The notes beneath the pieces were generated by a model. The model did no database searches, was not told the DNA's origin, and saw only the letters and a list, made by a program, of their open reading frames with translations. A stretch of DNA of 64,000 nucleotides from a virus (lineage: Duplodnaviria > Caudoviricetes): positions 32,001 to 96,000 of IMG/VR virus record IMGVR_UViG_2687453341_000003; one strand, written 5' to 3'. A program made the position numbers and the translations under genes. Position 1 is the first letter of the stretch, and the number at the start of each line of letters is the position of its first letter. Shown here one piece after another: positions 48,075 to 56,884 of the stretch.

Positions 48075-48091
48075 TACCAAAGGATTAAACC

Positions 48092-48592
48092 ATGAGTGCA
48101 GGACGCAGACGCGCGGCATACGTCAATACGGGCACCTACTCGACACCTGTATGGGCCGAGATGTCGAGGATTAGTGGAGTGCAACGAGGTCGCTCTCGCG
48201 GCACCTCCGACCGAAAATACCGTGGCTCCCCGAACGTAAAGACGGTGACAGGTTACAAAACCAACACCTTCACCTTCAAGTACCACATTAAGGGACCAAA
48301 ATTCACTACCGATGCGGTTCTTGCGCTGCTGGAAGCTTCTTACGAAGACGAAACGCCAATGGACGTATGCTTCCTGAATCAGAAGATCGTTCAACCGACC
48401 GGCACATTCACCCCAGGCGCTAACGCAGTCGGAGTCCGGGGATTCGTAGTCGCTGTGAAAATGGACATCTCGGAGGAGGATGAAGAAGGTGTTACCTACG
48501 ATGTCGAACTTCGCGAGATTGAACACGAGGAGCCTTCCGGAACAGCTCGCGATATCGCGGCCTATTCGGTAGCGGTGACTGCGCCGGCTTAA
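48092..48592 (+). CDS. Putative tail tube protein
   Basis: YVNTGTYSTPVWAEM N-terminus, beta-rich, 166 aa. Confidence 0.7.
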   Translation: MSAGRRRAAYVNTGTYSTPVWAEMSRISGVQRGRSRGTSDRKYRGSPNVKTVTGYKTNTFTFKYHIKGPKFTTDAVLALLEASYEDETPMDVCFLNQKIVQPTGTFTPGANAVGVRGFVVAVKMDISEEDEEGVTYDVELREIEHEEPSGTARDIAAYSVAVTAPA

Positions 48593-48641
48593 ACGACAGC
48601 GACTACCAGTTGATGCTTCCACCCTTTTTGCAGGTCGATTA

Positions 48642-49004
48642 ATGTGCAAGTCCTCCGAGCCCGCCGGATATATTGGCCACTACCTGGCCCTGATTATGCG
48701 GCAGGGCTCGGACTTTGTATTGAGAATCATCCTCACGGAAGAGGACGGTGAGACACCTTTTGATGCGACCGGTTTTACCGCTCGGGCGCATATGTCGAAT
48801 GGTAAGACTCGAACTGCGATCGCCGCCAATTTTGAACCGGGCGGTGTCTTAGTTCTTTCCAAGCCGGCGAGTGAAACAACATTGTTGAAGGCGGGATCTC
48901 TGAGCGACTCACTCGGCTCGTATGAATGGGATTGCGAATTCCTGCATGGGCAAGAAGTCGTTCCAGCGTTCTACGGACCGGTTACCGTTGTGAAGGATAT
49001 CTGA
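48642..49004 (+). CDS. Ig-like virion adaptor protein
   Basis: RQGSDF, PFDATGFTARA, YEWD, FYGPVTV pattern. Confidence 0.6.
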   Translation: MCKSSEPAGYIGHYLALIMRQGSDFVLRIILTEEDGETPFDATGFTARAHMSNGKTRTAIAANFEPGGVLVLSKPASETTLLKAGSLSDSLGSYEWDCEFLHGQEVVPAFYGPVTVVKDI

Positions 49005-49006
49005 CC

Positions 49007-51139
49007 GTGAGTTCGTTCAAGTTCGCTGTTCAATCTACTCCAACGTACAACGCGGTGGTCGTGCGTGGCCCCAAGGGCGACAAGGGAGACGAAGGTGCAT
49101 CGGGCACAAGTGAAATTGGTGCGCAAACTGCCACGGACTTGACCGGTCTCCTGTACGGTAACGGTAGTACGGTTTCGTCGCTCTCTGCAGCGTCCGGTCG
49201 CGATTTTCTCGAGGTCCTGTCCCAGTCCGAAACGCAATCAGCGATCACGGCCGCTCTCGCTGCATACACTCCGACGGCGAACCTCGCACCCATCGCTACC
49301 TCGGGCAGCGCATCCGATCTCATCACCGGTACGCTCGCTAACGCTCGGCTCTCGCCCCAGGTTGTCCGCAGCGACTTCTCTTACTCGGATCCTGCGTGGA
49401 TAAGTGCGATCGCAGCATCGAAGCTAACCGGGTTCGTCGATGATGCTCGTTTGTCTGGTAATGTCGCGTTAAAAAACGGGAGCAATGTATTTTCGGCGGG
49501 TAATACGTTCCAGGCCTCGCAGGTCTTTGACGCGTCAATCGTTGTCGGTGGGGTGACGGGTCCGAGGATCCGTGCAGTGAGTGGGGTTTTCCGGTTGAAC
49601 AACAACGCGGATTCAGCGCGGGCTGGTCTCGAAATATCTGATCTTACGGCGACAGGCAACGCGTCGATCACGGGTACATTGCAGATCGGCGGAGCGGGAG
49701 CCCATTTGCTCCGTTGGAACTCTGGCGCATCGTCATTAGAAGTACGAGACTCCTCGAATTCCTTCTACAGAAAAATGCGATTCGGAGAGCTCCAAGCGAT
49801 CGCCGATCTCGGCGGTAGCTTTGCAACCCCCGCGAATGCACGCATCGGATTGCTGACCCAAATTGGGGGATACATTGCTGGGGCAATCTCTGGCAGGACC
49901 TATTCCAGTAATGCGATTCACGGGGATGTCATCATCTCGGCATCCGTGAACATGACCACGGGTCAAAACGACTACTCGGGCTTAACCGATGACCTCGCGA
50001 TTCGCGGCAACACGGGCAACGTGGAAATCAATCGAGGTCTCCTTGGGATTGGAATGGCGGGCCAATCAGCTCGCTCAGTCTCGATCCTTCCCGTAAACAC
50101 AGGCGATCGAACCGGCGTGCGAGTCTATGACTATGGGGCATTCGCGAGTGCGGTTTCGCAAACGGGATTCGATGTCGCGTACCTCGGAGGAACGCTGTCC
50201 GCCCCGGCGACTCCGGTATCAGGGCACTACCGAAACATTCTTAGCTTCAAGACTGGCGGGACCAACGGTTTGGTATCTGGGTCGCCGTCCTTTGCAATCC
50301 GCAGCACCATCGGAAGCGTGATTGGCTCGTCGCTTTGCGAAGTAAACACCTCGTTCATGGTGACTCCTACCATCACGGGCGTGACAACTGCCGTCCAAAC
50401 GATCTTTGGACAGTCAGGCCTAGTTGATTTCCCAATCGGGCAAATCCAACTCGGTACCAATGTTCGCCTTAAGAACAACGCAGGCTCGCTCCAAGCACGC
50501 AACAGCGGGGACTCCGCATTCGCGAATCTCGAAGCGGCCGTCATCACCTCGGCGTTCCAAACCCTTGCGGGCGATCCGAGCACGCTTGATATTGCTACTG
50601 GCTTAGGGCGTCTCGTTAAGAACACTCTCACAAACGAGATCGCCAAGTTCATCAACGATGCTGGCGTGATTCGAAGGATCACCACGAGCCCGCCCTGGTC
50701 GTCGATCCTCAGCAAACCAACAACGCTCGCGGGATACGGGATTACCGATGCTGTCGCTTCGAACGATGCGCGCATCACCAATGGAGCCATAACATTCCTG
50801 ATCGATGGGGGAGGCTCTGTGATCGCAGTCGGTGAAAAGTCGCTCCTCTTCCGCGTGCCTTACAACTGCACAATCACCGGCTGGGAGCTCGTCGCGAACG
50901 CATCCGGATCGATCGTAATAGACGTCTGGAAGGACTCGTACGCGAACTTCCCACCGACGAACGGGGATTCGATCGTCGCGGCCGCAAAGCCCACGCTCGC
51001 CTCCCAGGTCAAGGCTCAATCGTCGACGCTGACCGGATGGACCACCGCATTGAACGCTGGGGACTACATCAAGCTCGAAGTCGAATCAGCATCGACCGTA
51101 AATGTCGCGGTACTCACTCTCACGGTGACGAGGACATAG
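49007..51139 (+). CDS. Tail fibre protein
   Basis: Short collagen GPKGDKGDEG, G/S/T/A-rich, three related RL..SG.L..RN..DS repeats, KPTTLAGYGITDA fibre motif; GTG start at 49007. Confidence 0.8.
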   Translation: MSSFKFAVQSTPTYNAVVVRGPKGDKGDEGASGTSEIGAQTATDLTGLLYGNGSTVSSLSAASGRDFLEVLSQSETQSAITAALAAYTPTANLAPIATSGSASDLITGTLANARLSPQVVRSDFSYSDPAWISAIAASKLTGFVDDARLSGNVALKNGSNVFSAGNTFQASQVFDASIVVGGVTGPRIRAVSGVFRLNNNADSARAGLEISDLTATGNASITGTLQIGGAGAHLLRWNSGASSLEVRDSSNSFYRKMRFGELQAIADLGGSFATPANARIGLLTQIGGYIAGAISGRTYSSNAIHGDVIISASVNMTTGQNDYSGLTDDLAIRGNTGNVEINRGLLGIGMAGQSARSVSILPVNTGDRTGVRVYDYGAFASAVSQTGFDVAYLGGTLSAPATPVSGHYRNILSFKTGGTNGLVSGSPSFAIRSTIGSVIGSSLCEVNTSFMVTPTITGVTTAVQTIFGQSGLVDFPIGQIQLGTNVRLKNNAGSLQARNSGDSAFANLEAAVITSAFQTLAGDPSTLDIATGLGRLVKNTLTNEIAKFINDAGVIRRITTSPPWSSILSKPTTLAGYGITDAVASNDARITNGAITFLIDGGGSVIAVGEKSLLFRVPYNCTITGWELVANASGSIVIDVWKDSYANFPPTNGDSIVAAAKPTLASQVKAQSSTLTGWTTALNAGDYIKLEVESASTVNVAVLTLTVTRT

Positions 51140-51140
51140 C

Positions 51141-52292
51141 ATGGCAGTGGTGACTCGATGGTTTTCAACGACATCGGCAGGGGCAGGCGATGGGACATCG
51201 TGGGCTGATCGTGCTCAATTGGTGAGTGGTGCTACGTGGTCGAGTGTAATCACCGGCTTTAATTTCTCTTTAGGTGATTCGCTTGAGTGCAGAATTGGGC
51301 CAGGAACTTATGCGTACACAGCAACGTTGACCAACGCTTCATTTACAACCCCCCCTACAAGATCTAACCGAATATACATTATTGGATCAGATTCGTGGGG
51401 AATGCCGATTCAACCCAGCGGTTGGATTTCGCCAGTACCAATCTACCCGTCAACTAACTACCCGTTATTCACGTCTAGCTCCGGAGTGGGGTTGTTCGGG
51501 GTAACCTGGCTGGAAGTAGCTTTCATCAAAGCAATAGTATCGTCTAACGGAAGCATCATCGGTGCCCCAGTAGTTATGTTTTGTGATTTAGAAAACACGG
51601 CTAGCCACGCGTCTGCAAGATGCTTCTCCATAACCCGTCTTGGTATGCACTTTGTAAATAACAAACTTAAATGCTCTGGTTCAATCTACGACAGAATCAT
51701 AGACATTCAGGATTCAGGGTACGCCAACATTATAAATTGCCGACTAGAAGGAAACGCGTCTGCTTCATCCGGCGGAAGGCATGGACTGACCGCCAATTCA
51801 TGGCAACCGGCAAATAACTATAAAAACCTAACTATCGTGAACAATCCGGGTACAGCGATTCACATAAACGCAGGCAGTCCAAGTTGGTATGGAGAAGGTC
51901 TAACGAATTCCATTTTGAGCAACAACGGAAGAGGTTATTACGTTGATCCAAACGCAAGTATAGCTGGAAGTATTCCAATTACTTTATCTGGGAACATGAT
52001 AACTGGCAACGCGACTTATGGCGTTGAGCTAGGAACCAACAACGACGAAGTATGGCTCCTCAATAATCGATTTCGCAACAACGGAACTGCTGACTACAAC
52101 TCACTGCTAAACGTCCCATTCACTAGCAACTACACCGCAGCCGGGACCGATGCCGATGAGTTCGTCGATGCTCTCAATGGTGACTACCGAATCAAGCTAG
52201 GCTCCGCGTACTGGGGCAAAGGCATCGGTGCAGGCGACGAGCCCTCCAGCGGTTCTTTCATTCTTCCTTCTAACTCCGCATGGGTAGCGTAA
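51141..52292 (+). CDS. Beta-helix (pectin-lyase-like) receptor-binding/spike protein
   Basis: Asn-rich repeats (NLTIVNN, NSILSNN, NMITGN, NNRFRNN); GAGDGTSWAD and FVDALNGDYR ends. Confidence 0.7.
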   Translation: MAVVTRWFSTTSAGAGDGTSWADRAQLVSGATWSSVITGFNFSLGDSLECRIGPGTYAYTATLTNASFTTPPTRSNRIYIIGSDSWGMPIQPSGWISPVPIYPSTNYPLFTSSSGVGLFGVTWLEVAFIKAIVSSNGSIIGAPVVMFCDLENTASHASARCFSITRLGMHFVNNKLKCSGSIYDRIIDIQDSGYANIINCRLEGNASASSGGRHGLTANSWQPANNYKNLTIVNNPGTAIHINAGSPSWYGEGLTNSILSNNGRGYYVDPNASIAGSIPITLSGNMITGNATYGVELGTNNDEVWLLNNRFRNNGTADYNSLLNVPFTSNYTAAGTDADEFVDALNGDYRIKLGSAYWGKGIGAGDEPSSGSFILPSNSAWVA

Positions 52293-52699
52293 TGTTTGCA
52301 TCACCGACGATTCCTACGAATCCCGAGTCTTTGCTGATCGCGAAAGAGTTGCTCGATTCCAGCAATTCGACACTCGCTAACCTCGCCAAGTTCAGACGGG
52401 AGCAGTTCCAACGGTTCTGGTACCAATCGCGCCAACAGCTTCGGACGCGACAGGATGTTAACGAGATTCTCTCTCAAATGGACGCGGCATCGCCCGGTCA
52501 ATCTGCTCGGTTTTTTGCAAGTGCGAAGGCACTAGTGGACCTCATCGAAGCCATTTCGGGCGAACCGATGGAGCCTGAAGAATGGATGCCTCCTTATGAA
52601 TACACGATTGATCCGGAGACTTATTCACTCCGAATGACGATCCCGCCTGAACCCGAGTCCGAGCCTGAGCCCGAGCCTGAAGCTGAACCCAACGAGTAA
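52292..52699 (+). CDS. Hypothetical protein with PE-repeat tail
   Basis: TAATG coupling with the previous gene. Confidence 0.7.
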   Translation: MFASPTIPTNPESLLIAKELLDSSNSTLANLAKFRREQFQRFWYQSRQQLRTRQDVNEILSQMDAASPGQSARFFASAKALVDLIEAISGEPMEPEEWMPPYEYTIDPETYSLRMTIPPEPESEPEPEPEAEPNE

Positions 52700-52722
52700 A
52701 CGCTATACCTACCGAGGAAACC

Positions 52723-53646
52723 ATGTCAGAAGTTCGTTCCGCATTGCCTTACATTTCGCACCTTCGCGTGACCAAGCGCCCCACGATCAAGTGGGAGCCT
52801 ATCGGCTACGACGCTCAAAACGGTGAGGATCTTTACCGCCAGGGGGTCGATCTCCCCGGCATCGAGTGCGAAGTGACGCCCTACATGGGAAGCGTGAAGG
52901 GGCCAGCCGCAACGTATCGATTCCCCCTGAAGGCCTTCTTCGAGGCGAACTTGGCCAAGCTGCAAGCCAAGCCGCAGAAGAACGACCAGGACAACGCTGC
53001 GATTGCCAACTTGCAAGCTACGATCGCCAATCCGGAGACGATTTGGGCCGAGTCGATTCTGCTCGCCGGAGGCCTCCCAACGCTCACCGCATTGTGGCAA
53101 GACGTGTTTAGCGACGCGCTCGACGAGTTCACGGAGTGGAGCGAACCCGAAGTAGCGGCCGGTGGAATCCCACTCTACGTGCGCGAGATGCAATGGGACG
53201 CTCGCATCCCCTACGAGTCTGCCAAGTCGATCACCCTTAAAGTGGGCCTGTTCGATACCGAACAGGAGGAAGGCGCTCCTGCGTTGTACACGCTCAGTTT
53301 CGAGGACGCCGCGACGCGGGCCCAACGCGAGGCCTACAACGCGCAGCTCGTTCAACGCATCACGCAGCTGACGGCCGCGATCGCGGGACTTCCTGAAGGT
53401 CCAAGCGAGACGCGAACGCAAATGGAACAGGAGCTCGCTGGATACCAAGCCGAAAAGGCCCAACGCGACGCAGTCGAGAACGGACTCATGAGCGATCTAC
53501 TATCCAACGCGTCCGTGCAGCAATCGCTCCCGACGTTGCTGGTGGCGATCCTCGGTGCATTGAAAGCCGTCTACTGGCCCGACCTCGACATGTCGCTCGT
53601 GCAGACCAGGTTGGCCGAGACGCTGGGGGAATTGGCAGTCGCGTAA
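52723..53646 (+). CDS. Hypothetical protein
   Basis: 307 aa, GAGG RBS, GC3-rich codons. Confidence 0.8.
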   Translation: MSEVRSALPYISHLRVTKRPTIKWEPIGYDAQNGEDLYRQGVDLPGIECEVTPYMGSVKGPAATYRFPLKAFFEANLAKLQAKPQKNDQDNAAIANLQATIANPETIWAESILLAGGLPTLTALWQDVFSDALDEFTEWSEPEVAAGGIPLYVREMQWDARIPYESAKSITLKVGLFDTEQEEGAPALYTLSFEDAATRAQREAYNAQLVQRITQLTAAIAGLPEGPSETRTQMEQELAGYQAEKAQRDAVENGLMSDLLSNASVQQSLPTLLVAILGALKAVYWPDLDMSLVQTRLAETLGELAVA

Positions 53647-53663
53647 GTGCGGCTCGTTCATCC

Positions 53664-54098
53664 TCACTTGCACCGATACCTTCTCCAAAATCGGCCGCAG
53701 CTCCACACGCTGCGGCCGATTCGTTTTGATACAGAATTGTGTGCACGATGCGACCACCAAAAGAACTCGATTCGAGAATGAAACCTCGGTGGATCCAGTT
53801 CCTTAAATCCGGCCCAATGCCGTCGGCAGGCGCCGCACGGAATCGATATCGATTCCCACATCCGATACCACGCTTCGATATCGGCCCATGTCTGCAGTCG
53901 AAACGCGACTCGATGAAGTGGCACCCACCCAACGTCAAAAACGTGATCCTGCAGGAGCGGAGCCGGAACCGCGATCGATGGTTGAGTGGGCGCGGAGTCC
54001 AATTGCGATGGGTACAAACTGGCGAATTCACTCGGAGTGATTTCCCCACGCAACAACCGCAGCACCGGGTTTACAACCGAGAAAACTGGATCGTCCAT
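53664..54098 (-). CDS. Erv1/ALR-family FAD-linked sulfhydryl oxidase
   Basis: GWVPLH, IPCGACRRHW, PPRFHSR, FFWWSHRAHNSVSKRIGR in Erv/ALR order and spacing. Confidence 0.82.
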   Translation of the reverse strand: MDDPVFSVVNPVLRLLRGEITPSEFASLYPSQLDSAPTQPSIAVPAPLLQDHVFDVGWVPLHRVAFRLQTWADIEAWYRMWESISIPCGACRRHWAGFKELDPPRFHSRIEFFWWSHRAHNSVSKRIGRSVWSCGRFWRRYRCK

Positions 54099-55273
54099 GT
54101 GCCGAGGTCCAATGGTGCAATGACTGGATCCGGAGAGCTACCGTCCATGGTTTCTTCTACAAATCGGTAGCTAGTTTGGCAATGTCGATACGCTCGATTG
54201 AAGCCGGATCCACCGGGCGGTGTAGGAGTAATCGGTGTGCAGTCGCTATAGGGCGATGCTCCTAATGTGTCTGTGAGGAAAGCAGGGCATGTGCTGGTAA
54301 CGGTCGTGTCTGAAGAAGACCAACTGACAGGGGATGTAATCGTAGGAGCAGCATCGGACCCATAGCTCGGAATGGAACACTTTGTCCCGCATGAGTCAGT
54401 GAATGCTGAGATCGGAAGAACATCGCTGGGGAGAAAATCGAAGTCTTTACAGAAGGACTTCGCGAATGCGTAAGTGGTACCAAAGCCGGGTGTGAGCGTG
54501 TCCTCGGAAATCCACGGCATCATACCGGCATTTGCATTCACTCCACTAAACCACGGGCCTATCCCAAAACAGGCAGTGCCGTATTCGGTTGGGTCACATG
54601 GCGTGGGAACATTGAAACTGGCCGATTCCCATCCCGTCAATCCGTTCACTGTCTCGAAGTGGCACCCTGTATTGGGGCGACCATCGTTTGTCTTGTTGAG
54701 AATTCGAGTCTCGACGAAGTGGGTGCCGTAGATGGTGAATGCAATACGCACCTTGCAAATGCCACCTACGATGATTGGGTGCACGGTAACGCGGTACTGA
54801 TTTAGCGTGAAATGATAGAACCAGGCCAACGCCTTCGAAATGGTGATGAATGTCGTGTAGGTCCATTTATCGACGGGAGTGTAAGCACCTCCTGTAATTC
54901 GATCCTGCTGGGAAACGTTCCAAGTCTCCAAACGACGGTTGCGGTAATGCTTCCAGTAGCCCCATTGGTAATAGGGTCCATACCCAGCCAAAGCTGGGAG
55001 ACTGAATTGTGCAGCTCCGCAACATGTCTTGGTATTCCCCATGGTCCCGGACACGGTCCACTGCGATCGCAAGGAGTTGGTGATCGCAATCGAAACTTGC
55101 CCCCATCGGGGTACTCGGCACTTTCCAGCATGGCCACCGCATGGAACGCATCCGCCGGTACCGACGAGCTCCGCGTCGCACCACAAACATTGATGGGGAA
55201 CTTCCAACGGAGCATAGCTACCTGGTGGAGTTTCCCCGATCGGTCCCCCGATTGGTTCTAATGTTTCAGTCAT
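54071..55273 (-). CDS. Cys-rich putative tail-tip/receptor protein
   Basis: 400 aa with 17 Cys, T/G/S/P-rich, third gene after the tape measure. Confidence 0.7.
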   Translation of the reverse strand: MTETLEPIGGPIGETPPGSYAPLEVPHQCLWCDAELVGTGGCVPCGGHAGKCRVPRWGQVSIAITNSLRSQWTVSGTMGNTKTCCGAAQFSLPALAGYGPYYQWGYWKHYRNRRLETWNVSQQDRITGGAYTPVDKWTYTTFITISKALAWFYHFTLNQYRVTVHPIIVGGICKVRIAFTIYGTHFVETRILNKTNDGRPNTGCHFETVNGLTGWESASFNVPTPCDPTEYGTACFGIGPWFSGVNANAGMMPWISEDTLTPGFGTTYAFAKSFCKDFDFLPSDVLPISAFTDSCGTKCSIPSYGSDAAPTITSPVSWSSSDTTVTSTCPAFLTDTLGASPYSDCTPITPTPPGGSGFNRAYRHCQTSYRFVEETMDGSSPDPVIAPLDLGTWTIQFSRL

Positions 55274-55289
55274 CCTTTTCCTTTCCGCG

Positions 55290-56024
55290 TTACTCGATGC
55301 ACCATGGAACCGTGATGACGAATCGATTACCCAACCACATTGCGATTCCTTGGTCTCCGATCAGCTGCAGTGCGGCGCATCCGTATGAATCGACAACGAA
55401 CGCATTGGGCCCGAGCGACAGTTGTGCGTTTGTCGCGGCGGGTGGCACCTGGCGGTTCTGCGTCAGCGTGTAGGTTAGGAAGTTGCTGACACAGTTGAGA
55501 TCGCACAAAGCGAATCCGTTTCCGAGATCCGCAATCTTCCGCGCGAACCCAAACCCGGAGCTCACGGCCGCAGAGTCTTGGTAGCTGGCCGTTTTAACTC
55601 GAGGGAGAACAAACCCGGCTCCTGAGTCACACTTAATCTCGACCGTTCCGGATACCGCAACGTCGCCAAATGCGTTGGCCTCGATTGCATCTCCCACCAC
55701 AACTCCAACGTTGAAGAGTGAGCTCGCTAGTTCGTTTGCTTCGGTGATATTGATGGGTAGGTAACATGGATGCACATTCAACCATCCGTTGCGACTATTC
55801 CCCCATCCCGTTCCCTCGCCCGTATAAGTCCCCAGAATCACGGGACTACCTGGCTGCAAGGTGTAGGTGCAGTTGTTCTTGGCAACGACCGATACAAAAC
55901 GGTGGGAAGTTCGACCGCTGATCGCCCGTGCACCCGCTTGTTCACCCTGGATCGCCAGAAGGCGATTGAACGCCCTGGCGGAGACATCGTTGATCCTCGA
56001 ACCCTTCTTAAGCCGAGATTGCAT
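55290..56024 (-). CDS. Putative tail protein
   Basis: VSARAFNRL N-terminus, DAIEANAFGDVAVSG, ends PWCIE; 7 Cys. Confidence 0.7.
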   Translation of the reverse strand: MQSRLKKGSRINDVSARAFNRLLAIQGEQAGARAISGRTSHRFVSVVAKNNCTYTLQPGSPVILGTYTGEGTGWGNSRNGWLNVHPCYLPINITEANELASSLFNVGVVVGDAIEANAFGDVAVSGTVEIKCDSGAGFVLPRVKTASYQDSAAVSSGFGFARKIADLGNGFALCDLNCVSNFLTYTLTQNRQVPPAATNAQLSLGPNAFVVDSYGCAALQLIGDQGIAMWLGNRFVITVPWCIE

Positions 56025-56025
56025 T

Positions 56026-56880
56026 TCAAAGCCCCAGTAAGGTCGGTGCGAACTCGTCGTAGACACGTTCGACATATGCCCACTTCGGGCGTCTCACGCG
56101 GCTGCCGCTCACTACGTTGTGCTCGTACTTCACCCAGACGTAGTCATGCCCCTTTTTGGCAATGCCCGATATGGCTCCGATCGCATAGGACGCGATGTTC
56201 TGCGATGCCGCGAAATGGTACTCCACCTCGTTGTCTTTGTAGGGAACGTACTCACCACTCGCCCCCAAGAAGAGCAGTTCACCAGCACCGAAAGTTTGCC
56301 AGGGAACCGAATTGGTTCTGCCGGTGTAGGCTGCCATGGCCTTCATATAGTCGATAAAGGACGTTGGGCCGAACAGCGTGCTGTTCTTGTTCCACCTCTT
56401 CCGAACGCTGAGTTTGAGTGCGGGAAGAATGATCTCCACGCCTTGTGCTTCGTTCTCGTCGTTGACGTCAATGGAGCCCTGATGGTCCGGAGCTCCTGCA
56501 GGATAACGCTGGGTTGCCCGAGAGGTGAAAACCTTCACTGTCCCCCCCTGGGTATCAAACGACCACCGATAAATCGATTCGCTGATCTCGGCAGTCCGGT
56601 AATTCACATCGAAGATGAATCGCTTTGTGTCGTCATCTTCTCGCCATGAGATCTTGCCTCGATAAAGGGTCTGAACGTCGCTACTGGAACTCGGAGTCTG
56701 TACATAAAAGCCCGGTACATTGCTTCGCAAATGGTTCAAGCAATTCGGGAAGTACTGCTCGTCGTTCCTTTCGGCTGGAGTATTCGCCCAAACCTCCCAC
56801 GAGAGATTCATTTCATCATCCGCACCACGGTCCGTCGCGCTACCCGTGGCACCGCAAAGCATTTTGATTCGAAACGCCAT
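56026..56880 (-). CDS. Putative distal tail/hub protein
   Basis: Directly after the tape measure; FGAGELLFLGASG, KKGHDYVWV. Confidence 0.75.
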   Translation of the reverse strand: MAFRIKMLCGATGSATDRGADDEMNLSWEVWANTPAERNDEQYFPNCLNHLRSNVPGFYVQTPSSSSDVQTLYRGKISWREDDDTKRFIFDVNYRTAEISESIYRWSFDTQGGTVKVFTSRATQRYPAGAPDHQGSIDVNDENEAQGVEIILPALKLSVRKRWNKNSTLFGPTSFIDYMKAMAAYTGRTNSVPWQTFGAGELLFLGASGEYVPYKDNEVEYHFAASQNIASYAIGAISGIAKKGHDYVWVKYEHNVVSGSRVRRPKWAYVERVYDEFAPTLLGL

Positions 56881-56884
56881 CGAT

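Noticed and set aside
52643-52690. Hexamer-period tandem repeat
   Set aside because: It simply encodes a Pro-Glu low-complexity tail.
52726-53463. 245-aa minus-strand ORF (and similar ORFs at 57095-57871 and 787-1353)
   Set aside because: Each is a shadow confined to one real gene, as expected from codon bias.
53586-53595. Fourth CGACATGTCG palindrome
   Set aside because: Inside a coding region of the other prophage; probably chance.
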